Both the position numbers and the translations under genes were made by a program. From a virus: 52,991 bases of DNA. Under the pieces are notes generated by a model. That model was not told where the DNA came from. It ran no database searches and saw only the letters and a program-made list of their open reading frames with translations. This document shows, piece by piece, positions 23,467-33,808 of the stretch. The stretch is taken from IMG/VR virus record IMGVR_UViG_3300011896_000001, positions 1 through 52,991 of that record, one strand, 5' to 3'. Position 1 is the first letter of the stretch. Every line of letters begins with the position of its first letter.

Positions 23467-25833
23467 CTATCCATTCATTTTTGCTTCTAGAGTTGTTAAC
23501 CGCTCTATTAATAATGCGTTTTGTTCTTCTAATTTTTTTATACGTTCTTCATTTTTTTGATGTCGTTCTTCGTTTCTTTTTACATGCACTTGAAACGCTC
23601 GTGCATTTTTTGTAGTCATTGAATAGACATTTACACCTTGTTTATCGCCTTTAGCTGGCAAAACCAGACCGAAACGTCTTTCGATATCTTCAACACTCTT
23701 AAAAACAGCTCCATTAGCGATATCTTCTTCAGTTAAACTTGCATTATATCGTTCTATTTCTTCAACCTCAGCGATAAGATTATAGCTTTTTAACTGCCAT
23801 GACATCACTTCATCAAAAGCTGATTCATCCATGCTTAGAATATTTGTTTTTATAGTAGATAATGAGTTGTTTATTAGGTCATTTGTAATTAATCGATTAC
23901 AATCAATAGTCTGTTGTGCGGTCATATTCTTAGCTGTAACACGTCCCACAGCTCCATTTGAAACGTCAACATAACTCCCATAATATCCACCGGCTTTAAC
24001 GTTTTTATAGATTGTTGAACCATCTGATGCCTTTGCAACGATTTGCAGTGCTGGGAATCCTGGTTCGCCTGCGTAATTTGGGTTATATCGTAGGCGAACG
24101 CCATTTAAAAATAAATCAACATCATCATAATTTTTTTGAAAGCTCGCATATACCCATCCATCTTTTGCAATGTTAAAGTCTCCACGATGATAAATAGTAA
24201 CATCTCCACTAGATGATAAAGAAACGCTCTTATCACCAGTTAGAGATACCTTTCCGTCAATTGTCATATACAATGTTCCCGAATTATGCAGCGACCCATC
24301 TCCATTGCGTCCATTTACCATTGAAATACCAGCCGCTCGACTATTCACATCATCCTCATCAAACTGATAAATCATAAATGATCCAGATTCTACATTGCTA
24401 GAATCACTTCCTAAAATAATTGTTGGTTGAATTCCATTACTTGTCTGATAATACCCGTGATACATTCTAACTATATTGTTCTGATACAAACGCATAAATT
24501 GGCTATCTAAGGAAACGTAATTGCTAGTATTACTCGTCCTTAATTGCGTCCCTGAGATTAACTTGCCGTATATTCGCTCTGCTGCTACTCCGTCACCTGT
24601 AATTGCGGTTCTATACGTTTGTCCACCATCGTTTGAAACGCCAATACCATCCGAAGTGAGACGAATAATTCTATTAGGGTTATTTTTATCAACTAATGTA
24701 ATGCCGCCGTTTACTGGATACTGGACTTCGGTAAATGTATTATTAATCGCTATCGCTGCATTCTTTAGAAATGCATTCATAGCATCGTACTTCACAAGTC
24801 CATCCGTATTCACAATTCCACGTAATGTCTTTTCCATTTCGCCGAGCATTACATCCGCCCAGCTTAAAGGATTATTAGAGAAGGTTACATGTGTATCATA
24901 AGGTTCTAATTTATAATCATAATACTCATCGATTTGAGTAATCCTTGTATCTAAATCAAGGTTCATCGGCTCGTATATTAAAAACACATGATTTCCTACT
25001 TTAGCAACATCACGATAACCTGATTTCCTTAGGTCCCTATGTTCTATTGTTACAGTTACATAAGGAACATCTTGTAAATTTTTCTTCAGATAAGCATCTA
25101 AGGAAGCAGGATTTGTAAAACGGTCATCTTCAATTGTTTTAGCTTCTATTACACCGAATTTCGCCTGATTTGGACTATTGTACACTCGTTTTAATCCGTC
25201 TTTCCCATAACCCGTAATTCGTGTCGCTAGGTTCGTTGTATCTACGTCACGAGAAATAGATTTTATGTTAAAACCGTAACGGAATTGAAAATCGGTTTGC
25301 TCCCCTACACGATTTTTTATTGTAAGTCTGTCATTCTCGTTAATAATTTCAACTTCATATCTTTCTAGCCCTTTAGCAAGCATAGAAGAACGACTTTCAC
25401 GTCCTAGGTTCTCAAAATCTGCTGTAGTTATAGGGAAATCACCGATTAACTCGTACTTATTTTGATATGGTGTCCCATTAAATAATTCACCAAAGAAAGT
25501 AACAATATTCATTCGCCCTGTGAATTTTTCGCCATTAACGCCCATATACTGAGAGTTCGCCATATCTGCATAAAATTTTTGCACACATTTAACTAACTTC
25601 ATTTTTCCGCTTTTACCAAAGTTTCGTTCGGAAGTATTTTTAATTACATATTGTTCTCCATAAAAATAGATATAAGACTCTTCTGCGACCATAAGGTAAG
25701 AGTGATTGTTTTTAGGTGTGTTAAACACTGTAAAACTTAATATTCGTTCACCGTTCAGAGTGGTTTGCCGATGTAAATCTTTAAAATCACTCACCATTTC
25801 TTGATTCTGATTTAAATCTTCTACTATAAGCAA
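23467..25833 (-). CDS. Tail-associated lysin / minor structural protein (Tal, prophage-tail endopeptidase family), 788 aa.
   Basis: The N-terminus has the phage minor structural protein pattern (LSFTVFNTPKNNHSYLMVAEESYIYF). It follows Dit and has a C-terminal coiled coil. Confidence 0.75.
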   Translation of the reverse strand: MLIVEDLNQNQEMVSDFKDLHRQTTLNGERILSFTVFNTPKNNHSYLMVAEESYIYFYGEQYVIKNTSERNFGKSGKMKLVKCVQKFYADMANSQYMGVNGEKFTGRMNIVTFFGELFNGTPYQNKYELIGDFPITTADFENLGRESRSSMLAKGLERYEVEIINENDRLTIKNRVGEQTDFQFRYGFNIKSISRDVDTTNLATRITGYGKDGLKRVYNSPNQAKFGVIEAKTIEDDRFTNPASLDAYLKKNLQDVPYVTVTIEHRDLRKSGYRDVAKVGNHVFLIYEPMNLDLDTRITQIDEYYDYKLEPYDTHVTFSNNPLSWADVMLGEMEKTLRGIVNTDGLVKYDAMNAFLKNAAIAINNTFTEVQYPVNGGITLVDKNNPNRIIRLTSDGIGVSNDGGQTYRTAITGDGVAAERIYGKLISGTQLRTSNTSNYVSLDSQFMRLYQNNIVRMYHGYYQTSNGIQPTIILGSDSSNVESGSFMIYQFDEDDVNSRAAGISMVNGRNGDGSLHNSGTLYMTIDGKVSLTGDKSVSLSSSGDVTIYHRGDFNIAKDGWVYASFQKNYDDVDLFLNGVRLRYNPNYAGEPGFPALQIVAKASDGSTIYKNVKAGGYYGSYVDVSNGAVGRVTAKNMTAQQTIDCNRLITNDLINNSLSTIKTNILSMDESAFDEVMSWQLKSYNLIAEVEEIERYNASLTEEDIANGAVFKSVEDIERRFGLVLPAKGDKQGVNVYSMTTKNARAFQVHVKRNEERHQKNEERIKKLEEQNALLIERLTTLEAKMNG

Positions 25834-25856
25834 TTGTTCATCTCACCCCTTTCTTT

Positions 25857-26696
25857 CTATAAGTAGTGATACCTGAATCCGAAGGCTATTTCGAAATTAC
25901 TAGCTCCAGAGATAGTAATGTTGTTCCATCCTGGTTTTAGGCGTATATAATAACGACTTGTATTGCGGAATATACTAGCACCTTGCTTAAACGATCTGAT
26001 TCCCGTTATAAAGATTAGATCATTAGGATTTGACGAACCGTAATATTGCCAATAAATCGGTTCCCCGAATGGATCTAAAATAGATTTGTTTGTTATTTTC
26101 AACTGATTAGAAGCACCTATAAAACTTATATCTAAATCCATGTATCGTGAATCTATTTCAACATTACCTGCATTAAATACCCATAAGTCTGTTTCGTTAT
26201 GAAATACATATTGAATAGGCTTATCTAGAACGAATCTGGATAACACATCTGAGTTGTATAATTTCTCCATGAAATCATGTTCATCAGTCCGGAACGTGGA
26301 CATAGCGAATGGTGGATTATCAGCAGTAAACTTAACCTCGAAAAAACCGTACATTCTTTGTTGGTCAAAATCATAACTGTCATCAGCTACAACAAGCCAT
26401 CTCTTTTCAGGAATTCGCATGTCGTAGATAAAAAAATATTCATTGCTTCTAAACAAATTAAAAACTTCATCTCTCTCTGTTGCGTAAGTTTCCATACTTC
26501 CTGCTTTCAAACAAAAAACCCCAGTGATTTCACGGGGTTCAATATCAGCAACTTGTCCTATACTACCTGGCCGCCCTATAACTTGCTCACGAGGACGGTT
26601 ATATTTAGGAGATGGGACGCGGAAATCTAATGTCATAATTCCCACGTCACTTAACAGAGTTTTTTCACCACTAAAACGCTCAATTAAAACGTCCAT
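25857..26696 (-). CDS. Distal tail protein (Dit, Sipho_tail family), 279 aa.
   Basis: Called from position between the tape measure and Tal, and from size. Confidence 0.7.
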   Translation of the reverse strand: MDVLIERFSGEKTLLSDVGIMTLDFRVPSPKYNRPREQVIGRPGSIGQVADIEPREITGVFCLKAGSMETYATERDEVFNLFRSNEYFFIYDMRIPEKRWLVVADDSYDFDQQRMYGFFEVKFTADNPPFAMSTFRTDEHDFMEKLYNSDVLSRFVLDKPIQYVFHNETDLWVFNAGNVEIDSRYMDLDISFIGASNQLKITNKSILDPFGEPIYWQYYGSSNPNDLIFITGIRSFKQGASIFRNTSRYYIRLKPGWNNITISGASNFEIAFGFRYHYL

Positions 26697-26699
26697 TAA

Positions 26700-29600
26700 T
26701 CATCTTCCTTTTAAATAAGATTTGATCTGAATATTACTAGATTGCATATCACTTATGATTGGCTCAGTAACTCGTGCCATCTCATATCCATCTACAATAA
26801 GCACATTTTCGATTACTGTGGGTTTTTGTTGTACTGTAGCAGCATTTCCAGAAGCGCCATTTTGCGATTTCACCATTGCACTTTGACCAAAATTAGAAGT
26901 TGGAGTGCTTGAAATACTAGAAGGTGTCTTATATCCTGCTGAAACCATTGGAACCGAAGGGCCGGACACCGTTCCCATAGATATGTTGCCCAGTGTTATC
27001 TCATCTGTTAATGGATCAAACGCTTCTTTTACTGTTTCGGCCATGGTCTTAGCTGCTCGATACACTGGATTTTCCATTGAACTAATACCCTTTACTAACC
27101 CTTGTCCTGTGTATACACCATAATCTCGCATTAAACGAGATGGAGAATGTATAACTAAAAAACCACTTACTGCATCAGCTACACTACTAGCAACGCTTAC
27201 TGCTGCATCCCATGCTGCGTTAACCATTGAACCAATACCGTTAATTAAACCTTGGATAGCATTAACACCAAGGTCGAATAAATCGATATCGCCCAATGAA
27301 TCAAGTAATTGACTACCTATTTCTATACCGGAACTAAATATTTCTCCGAGTAAACTTAAAATACCATCAATTAGAGCTCCTATTAATTGTATTCCTGCAG
27401 AAAGTAATTGCGGTAAATTTTGAATAATAGCTTTTAATAATTCTCCTATTAATCTAATTCCTGCTGCAATCAATTGAGGAAGTACTTTGATAATACCTTC
27501 AATCAGTTTTGTTAAGATTTTTACACCTGCATCAATAATTAAAGGTAAATTTTGCACAATAACTTCTGTAAACTTATTGATAATTTTTATTACCGCATCG
27601 ATAATTTGCGGAAGGACTTTAATAATACCTTCGATAAGTTTAGTTAAAATTTGAATCCCTGATTCAATAATTTGCGGTAAGTTCTGCAAAATAGAGTCAG
27701 TAAATTGTGTGATAATTTGAAGTGCTGCATCTATAAGTTGCGGTAATATCTGAATTATCCCTTGGATCAACGAATTGAGAATTTGTATACCAGCATCAAT
27801 AATTAAAGGTAAATTTTGTACAAGAGAATCCATCAATGTTGTAATGATCTGCATTGCAGCGTCTATTAGTTGTGGTAATATTTGAATTATCCCGTTGATA
27901 AGAGCCATTAAAATTTGTATACCAGCATCAATTAATTGTGGGATTAATGGGATTATAGTTTGTACTAAAGTTGTTATAATTTGAATCCCTGCGTTGATAA
28001 TTAATGGCAACACCTGCGTTATTCCTTGGACTAATGCATTTATAATTTGTGTAGATGCATTAATCATTTGTGGTAACGCTTGAATCATTGCAGATACTAA
28101 CGTTTGGATTAGCGAAATACCAATAATTATAATTTGTGGCAACAATGTAGTTAAGGTTGTGACAAATGTTGTGATTATCTGAGAAATTACCGTTACCACT
28201 TGAGGGAGAGCTTGTGTAATTCCCTGAACAATACCCACTATTATTTTTACACCTTGTTCTAAAAATACTGGCAATTGAGTTGAAACGAAATTCGTAAATG
28301 TAGAAACAAGCGTATTCATTATCTCTCCAAACTTTTGAACCAACACTTCTCCACTTACTCCAAATGCATCTGCCATGTGAGCAAATAACGTTGAAACCCC
28401 AATTACTAATCCAGGAACTCCACCAAGTAAGATGGCGATTATGCTAGGTATTAATTTAGCAAACAAGTCCGTTATTTGCGTGAAATCTCCATGGAAAGCA
28501 CTTACTACAGCTTCTTTAATACTAGCGAAAGTCTCTCGTAACCTTTCACCGAAGTTTAAGATCATCGTAATTAAATTATCATTAAGACCCATAGATTTCA
28601 TGATTTCTGCGCCATTGTCACTATTACCAGCCAACGATGCGATAAAACCTTTAATGACTGCTTTTACAGTATTCAGCGCACTATTAAGGGCACGACCAAA
28701 AGAGACAACCTTTTCGATTGCCCCAACGGGAATTCCAGCAGCAACAAGTAAGTCAATATCAGCTGTACCACCAGCTTTCACTTCTTGTCCAAATGCTTTT
28801 AATAATAATTTAATTGAATTTAGATTGTGATTAACTTTCGCCCCTGCTTTTGTAAAAGCGTTAATAGCATTATCTGATATACCTGCCGCTTTCAACAAAT
28901 CTATATCAGCGCTTCCTTGTTGTTTTACTTCTTTACCAAATGCTCCAATAAGCATACTAATAGAATTTAAATTATGGCGAACCTTATCACCTGCGGTAGC
29001 TATTTTTGCAGCTGTTTCTTCAGAAATACCTGTAGCCTTCATAATTTCCATTGCTGCATCTGTATTACCTCGTAATCCCGCGGAGAATCCCTTGATAATA
29101 CTAGACAATTGAATGAACGGTTTCTTGATCATATCAACATGTTTATTTATAAGTTGAATTGTATCGTCACCAATACCTATAGAGTAAAGTAAGTCTTGCC
29201 CTTTAATTGGATTTCCGAATATCAACTGTGCAAAACCTTTTATTGCCTTACCTAAGTTATTAACAGCCTTTCTAAATGGTTCTACATTTTTATAAGCATA
29301 ACTTAATCCAACGGCTAATCCCGCCAAAGCGGCCGCTACTGCCCACGCTACAGGGCTCGCCATAGCTAAAACCATCACGGCAGGTTTAATAACCATCCAT
29401 AAAGCAGCAAATGCAGCTCTATATCCTTTTAGTAATCCCATTCCTGCCCCTAAGGGTAGCAATAGGAGTGTTAAGGCTGGAACAAGCATCATGGTCCCTT
29501 GTATAAATCTTGCTAATGCGGGATGTGCTTCATTAAATGCGGTAACCATTTTAGCCATAGCCGTGACGGTGTTATATATCGGTATCATCATAGCAGCGAA

Positions 29601-30392
29601 TGCATCACGCATAGGCTTAAGTGCATCAGTTAAAGCTTCTATCATATCCTTATACGCTTTTGCATATTTAGGGTTCATTTCCATATTAGCTTGATGTAAC
29701 TTACCATAAAACATCACAGCACTAATACCAACAACTAAGAAGGCTTGAGTCATCCCCATAATTGATTGGTTAATAATTCGTATCTGATCGTTCAATTGTT
29801 TAGCATTAGCTGTCGGCCCAAGAAACTCCAATGCTAATTGGGCCGCAGAGCTTCTATTAGCTAACCTTTCCATAGCATCGGTTGCAGCTAACGTTCCGCG
29901 TGAAAGGTTATACAAAGGATTACCCATTCGTTGCAGATTCGCTTTAAGTTTACTAGACGTAGTAGACATGTTATTCATCATACCGATTGTTTGTAATAAA
30001 CTAGCCTGCATGAATACATCATTTGCCATCATCGCATCATTTGCTGCTTTTTCAGCAGCGCCAATTGCATTAATCTGAGAAATTAAATCCTGAGCACTAC
30101 CGGAATACGTTGCCATTCCCATAGCGGCATCAAGATAAGCTAACTTTGTTCTTTTTAACTCTTCAATATGCGGACGCATAGCTTCTCTTTGTTCTGCTTT
30201 TAGTCGCCTTAATCTTCGGCTATACTCACTTGTAGAATCACCCATATTTTCAAGACTGCGATTGTATTGGCGTGAGCACGCAGTAGTTGCTCTGGTAAAC
30301 TCGTTTAATTGACGTTGCATATCCGACATTTCACGTCTAATCTGATCTGTTTCAGCTCTGAATTGTACCACTAATTCTTCTTGTGTCGCCAA
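26700..30392 (-). CDS. Tape measure protein, 1230 aa.
   Basis: Called from size, TM-like central block and position. About 16 tandem ~20-aa LPQ(L/I)IDAGIQI-type repeats occupy roughly 27360-28290. Confidence 0.95.
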   Translation of the reverse strand: MATQEELVVQFRAETDQIRREMSDMQRQLNEFTRATTACSRQYNRSLENMGDSTSEYSRRLRRLKAEQREAMRPHIEELKRTKLAYLDAAMGMATYSGSAQDLISQINAIGAAEKAANDAMMANDVFMQASLLQTIGMMNNMSTTSSKLKANLQRMGNPLYNLSRGTLAATDAMERLANRSSAAQLALEFLGPTANAKQLNDQIRIINQSIMGMTQAFLVVGISAVMFYGKLHQANMEMNPKYAKAYKDMIEALTDALKPMRDAFAAMMIPIYNTVTAMAKMVTAFNEAHPALARFIQGTMMLVPALTLLLLPLGAGMGLLKGYRAAFAALWMVIKPAVMVLAMASPVAWAVAAALAGLAVGLSYAYKNVEPFRKAVNNLGKAIKGFAQLIFGNPIKGQDLLYSIGIGDDTIQLINKHVDMIKKPFIQLSSIIKGFSAGLRGNTDAAMEIMKATGISEETAAKIATAGDKVRHNLNSISMLIGAFGKEVKQQGSADIDLLKAAGISDNAINAFTKAGAKVNHNLNSIKLLLKAFGQEVKAGGTADIDLLVAAGIPVGAIEKVVSFGRALNSALNTVKAVIKGFIASLAGNSDNGAEIMKSMGLNDNLITMILNFGERLRETFASIKEAVVSAFHGDFTQITDLFAKLIPSIIAILLGGVPGLVIGVSTLFAHMADAFGVSGEVLVQKFGEIMNTLVSTFTNFVSTQLPVFLEQGVKIIVGIVQGITQALPQVVTVISQIITTFVTTLTTLLPQIIIIGISLIQTLVSAMIQALPQMINASTQIINALVQGITQVLPLIINAGIQIITTLVQTIIPLIPQLIDAGIQILMALINGIIQILPQLIDAAMQIITTLMDSLVQNLPLIIDAGIQILNSLIQGIIQILPQLIDAALQIITQFTDSILQNLPQIIESGIQILTKLIEGIIKVLPQIIDAVIKIINKFTEVIVQNLPLIIDAGVKILTKLIEGIIKVLPQLIAAGIRLIGELLKAIIQNLPQLLSAGIQLIGALIDGILSLLGEIFSSGIEIGSQLLDSLGDIDLFDLGVNAIQGLINGIGSMVNAAWDAAVSVASSVADAVSGFLVIHSPSRLMRDYGVYTGQGLVKGISSMENPVYRAAKTMAETVKEAFDPLTDEITLGNISMGTVSGPSVPMVSAGYKTPSSISSTPTSNFGQSAMVKSQNGASGNAATVQQKPTVIENVLIVDGYEMARVTEPIISDMQSSNIQIKSYLKGR

Positions 30393-30411
30393 AATCTCAC
30401 CTACCTTTCAA

Positions 30412-30690
30412 TCAACCGAAGTTGAGATTTTGTAAGAATTGCATATCTTCCTCGGCTTGCTTCGCACGATTTTCAATAGATTTTTTCTTCTGTTCATCAG
30501 TAATCATTTTAGATCTATCAAATAAATCTTTTGGTTTCATGGTCTTCTTTGGATTACTGTGATAAACCGAGCGCATCATCAGCGCAAATATGCTGTATGT
30601 TTGCAATTCATCCAGATACTGTTCATTTCTCCCTGTCATCATGTTTTGAAACTCACGAGGAGTTAGGTTCATTACCTCATTTGGCAACAA
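30412..30690 (-). CDS. Tail assembly chaperone extension ORF (gpT-like), probably made by a -1 frameshift.
   Basis: Its frame is open continuously upstream to the slippery site at 30861-30867. There is no convincing independent RBS (TTG start). Confidence 0.6.
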   Translation of the reverse strand: MLPNEVMNLTPREFQNMMTGRNEQYLDELQTYSIFALMMRSVYHSNPKKTMKPKDLFDRSKMITDEQKKKSIENRAKQAEEDMQFLQNLNFG

Positions 30691-30725
30691 ACCTAAGTAT
30701 CTGAATCCGTCTTGCTGTACTTTAT

Positions 30726-31148
30726 CTATTTCTTCTCTAGAGAAGTCTGCGGTTCGTCGTCCGTCCCGTACATTTCCTCCGCAATCTCCTTGAACTCTGG
30801 ATTCTTCGCTAGTAATTGTTTCTTCATTCGATTTTTGTACTGCTTCGTCTTCGCTTTGTAGAAAAAATTGTCCGCTACCACTTCGTTAAGGACATCTTCA
30901 ATGTATTGTTGTGTGATTTTCTCTTCTACAAACAGTTTTTCAATAGCAACTGTAACTTTAGCTCGTGTAAATCCTTCTTCTGTATGCATTAATCCGAAAT
31001 AAACCGCATCTTCAAACAAGTCTAAATCACCTTGTAAACAAGCAGCGATAACTTGGTTTGCACCACCCTCATATTTCTTATTCAGTTCTGCAATAGATTT
31101 ATAAGTAAGTTTTAATTCATATTCTTTTCCTTCGATTTCAAAACGCAT
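30726..31148 (-). CDS. Tail assembly chaperone (gpG-like), 140 aa from MRFEIEG.
   Basis: Called from position between the major tail protein and the tape measure. A GGAG RBS lies 10 nt before the ATG at 31148. Confidence 0.7.
   Translation of the reverse strand: MRFEIEGKEYELKLTYKSIAELNKKYEGGANQVIAACLQGDLDLFEDAVYFGLMHTEEGFTRAKVTVAIEKLFVEEKITQQYIEDVLNEVVADNFFYKAKTKQYKNRMKKQLLAKNPEFKEIAEEMYGTDDEPQTSLEKK
30861..30867 (-). promoter_or_regulatory. Candidate -1 programmed frameshift heptamer T TTT TTC.
   Basis: The zero frame reads aaT TTT TTC. I translated the -1 frame from here and found no stop until the end of the 30412..30690 ORF. Confidence 0.5.
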
Positions 31149-31213
31149 ATATATCAATCTCCTTTTAATTGGATGTTATTTTTATATTTAAAAAGAGCGG
31201 TATAAAACCACTC

Positions 31214-31687
31214 TTATGCATTAGCCCCAGCAGGGATTTCAGTTAATGTTTCTTCACTTACAGTTCCAGAAAGTTTAGCTTCTAAAGAGTAAGTCGCAAA
31301 TTCACCAGTAGATGCTGATTTTTCAAAAGAAGTCATCATGTAAGTTCCTTTTTCAGCTTTTAATGTACGTTTGTTAATTTCATAGATTTCAATGTATTCT
31401 TTATTACGCAGCTTTTTCTTTGCTGCATCAATAAATGGATCTCCTTCAGAAACAATCCCTTCAAAAGAACGAGTCTCTGTTACTTTTCCATAATCAGAAA
31501 TCGTTCTATCCTTCGACTCTGCTTCAATTTCATCAGCTTCAATAGAATGAGATGAATCAGTTTGGTCAAACGGACGAATCAGTTTAGTTTTTAATGGATC
31601 AGTGGGATCAGGAATTACTACTGCATAAATAAATTCATCACCGCGGTACATCTTATTTGAAGTAGCAGTCGCTTGTGTTTCAGCCAT
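31214..31687 (-). CDS. Major tail protein, 157 aa.
   Basis: Called from position upstream of the chaperone pair, size and composition. A terminator-like hairpin follows. Confidence 0.7.
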   Translation of the reverse strand: MAETQATATSNKMYRGDEFIYAVVIPDPTDPLKTKLIRPFDQTDSSHSIEADEIEAESKDRTISDYGKVTETRSFEGIVSEGDPFIDAAKKKLRNKEYIEIYEINKRTLKAEKGTYMMTSFEKSASTGEFATYSLEAKLSGTVSEETLTEIPAGANA

Positions 31688-31702
31688 GCGTTACACTCTC
31701 CT

Positions 31703-32104
31703 TTAATTTATATAGCTTTGTTCATATTCAAAAATCATTGTTAATTGAGCAGAACCTACCTCAACTGGAGCGGTAGTCACTCTTCTAAAATAGACGGTAT
31801 CAGTCGATTCACTTCCATCCTCATTCCGAAGATTTAATGTATAACCGCTATGTCTAATCAAGTTCGCAATTCCGTCAGATAGCTCCATAGCTTCCTCTGT
31901 TGTTGCATTAAAAAACCTCACTGTCATTGTGTACAGTAAGGTAAAGGTATCCTTTGTATTTTTCAAATCATTCGTTGATAAGTGCGGGAAGTACACTGAA
32001 GGTATCCTTATTTCTTCTGGAACCTGTTCATGATACGCAAATGTACCTTGTGGCAGGTTATCAAAGATGAAAGCTTTCATAGAACCATGTATTTGTGCAT
32101 ACAT
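31703..32104 (-). CDS. Tail terminator / tail completion protein (position-based), 133 aa.
   Basis: Gene order only. Confidence 0.5.
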   Translation of the reverse strand: MYAQIHGSMKAFIFDNLPQGTFAYHEQVPEEIRIPSVYFPHLSTNDLKNTKDTFTLLYTMTVRFFNATTEEAMELSDGIANLIRHSGYTLNLRNEDGSESTDTVYFRRVTTAPVEVGSAQLTMIFEYEQSYIN

Positions 32105-32107
32105 AAT

Positions 32108-32593
32108 CTAACCTCCATGTACCCATTGCCTAAATTTACGGTCGAATGCAGTTTGGAACATGCGCTCATATATTGCTACTGCGTTATCCCAATATGGACG
32201 ACCTTCTATGAATTTAGCAGTAAGCATCATTCCGGTAGGTGCATGCGGATCATATTCAAAGTTATGACCTTCCCATCTACCAGGGACAAATCGTCTTACC
32301 TGCTGCCATCCATCATTTTGAAGCTTCGCATACTCCACATTTGTGCCAACCTCTAAAACCAATCCGCCATCAGAGGAACGCCATACGTTCCCATCGCCAC
32401 CCTTATCAAACGAGTTGAGCAGCCGTCTTGTATCTACAACCGCTAATGAAATGATTTGATTTTGAACCTCTTCTAGAAATTGAAATCCGCTAGCTTCAAG
32501 CCATAAGGCTACGTTCTGGTCTAGTCCGTTTGCCATACGATTCAACTTGGCGCTGAATTCACGGAATCCTCTAGTTCTTATTTGGCTAGCCAT
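32108..32593 (-). CDS. HK97 gp10-family neck/tail component, 161 aa.
   Basis: The N-terminal GFREFSAKLNRMANGLDQNVALWLEASGFQFLEEVQNQI pattern, plus position. Confidence 0.65.
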   Translation of the reverse strand: MASQIRTRGFREFSAKLNRMANGLDQNVALWLEASGFQFLEEVQNQIISLAVVDTRRLLNSFDKGGDGNVWRSSDGGLVLEVGTNVEYAKLQNDGWQQVRRFVPGRWEGHNFEYDPHAPTGMMLTAKFIEGRPYWDNAVAIYERMFQTAFDRKFRQWVHGG

Positions 32594-32970
32594 GGCTCAC
32601 TCTTCCTCTCTGCTATGGCTTTTATATGATAAACCTCGCCAGTAAGTGGATGCACTACTGGAAAAGGATTACGTATATAGTAAGTGACATTTGTATTCTT
32701 CTTGATCACTTTGTCATTATGTTTAATATCTGTACCAGGCATAAACAACACTCGTGTATGCTGTTCATTTAATTGGTTTGGTGCAGATTGTATTGCAGTG
32801 GGTCTAGAAATCGCTACATTTTCTGCAAAGTAGCAGCTTTGTTCTGCTATATTAGGAGTATCACTGTAGGAATAAACCTCTTCTCCTGGTTGCCCATACT
32901 TACCTGGCTTTGTTTCCTTCTGTAAATGGTAAATATCACATTCGTGGACCATCATCCCTTGCAGTGACAT
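32578..32970 (-). CDS. Head closure / head-tail adaptor protein, 130 aa.
   Basis: Gene order and size. Confidence 0.55.
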   Translation of the reverse strand: MSLQGMMVHECDIYHLQKETKPGKYGQPGEEVYSYSDTPNIAEQSCYFAENVAISRPTAIQSAPNQLNEQHTRVLFMPGTDIKHNDKVIKKNTNVTYYIRNPFPVVHPLTGEVYHIKAIAERKSEPWLAK

Positions 32971-33371
32971 TATATAGTCCTCATTTTGAATGTGACTTTC
33001 CTTTTACCTGCGTTAGGTATAAATCTCTTTAATAAATTAAGCACATCAGGTTTAGTGATACTTGAGCTATCCTTCGTATATGAATAATCCCCACCACCAA
33101 CACTTTCGGACTTAATACCTCTCATTGCGTTTGTATCAGCATTTGTACACGCATAATACTGAGATAATTTCTTACAAGCTAGTTTTACCTCTTCGGGAAT
33201 TACTGGGAATTTCGTTTTATCAGCAAAATTAGCTATGTTAGGGATATTATTAATCTCTGTTTCTGCTTCAAGTATGTCCTGCTCCAATAGAGGAACAGGA
33301 CGATTTTTGACTTCAGGTAATACTGTATAATCAATCAATTCTTGAGCAGTAATAAGTGCCATACTTATCAC
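32970..33371 (-). CDS. gp6-like head-tail connector protein, 133 aa.
   Basis: The N-terminal ITAQELIDYT...LLEQDILEAETEI pattern, plus position. Confidence 0.55.
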   Translation of the reverse strand: MISMALITAQELIDYTVLPEVKNRPVPLLEQDILEAETEINNIPNIANFADKTKFPVIPEEVKLACKKLSQYYACTNADTNAMRGIKSESVGGGDYSYTKDSSSITKPDVLNLLKRFIPNAGKRKVTFKMRTI

Positions 33372-33375
33372 TCCC

Positions 33376-33606
33376 TTATTTAGTTGTTGTAATTGTAGAG
33401 TTCACTGTCGAGTTAGGAGCAGCTGCATCTGCAACAGTAGCTACACGATGCTTACCATCGTTAACATGTTGATTGTATTTTGATTGCACATCACCAATTT
33501 GAGACTTTAAAGAGTTTAGATCATCTACAATCGATGTTAACAACGCACCTAAATCAGTGTTTAAATACGCGCCAGCTTTACCGATATCTTTTGGAATCTT
33601 AGGCAT
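33376..33606 (-). CDS. Hypothetical head-module protein, 76 aa.
   Basis: Track ORF in an operonic position. Confidence 0.5.
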   Translation of the reverse strand: MPKIPKDIGKAGAYLNTDLGALLTSIVDDLNSLKSQIGDVQSKYNQHVNDGKHRVATVADAAAPNSTVNSTITTTK

Positions 33607-33790
33607 TTACTTCACCTGCTTCTGGATTCTTATATTTAGACGGTTCTTTTACTTCTTCTAAATCCTCGTATGAATCTAGTAATTCATCACGTTCTTTTGC
33701 AGTAACCTTATGAGGTTCACCTGCATGAAAAAAGCGCCCTTCACCAATATGAAGAACGCCACTTTCATTTTTATATTGTACGTATGGCAT
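33599..33790 (-). CDS. Hypothetical head-module protein, 63 aa.
   Basis: Track ORF directly after the capsid gene. Confidence 0.5.
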   Translation of the reverse strand: MPYVQYKNESGVLHIGEGRFFHAGEPHKVTAKERDELLDSYEDLEEVKEPSKYKNPEAGEVNA

Positions 33791-33808
33791 TATTCTATCC
33801 TCCTATTC

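Noticed and set aside
26905-29694. Plus-strand ORFs inside the tape measure gene, and similar antisense ORFs inside Tal, portal, terL, the protease and the FtsK gene.
   Set aside because: They are antisense to long, well-supported structural genes. None has an RBS, and their composition is shadow-frame-like.
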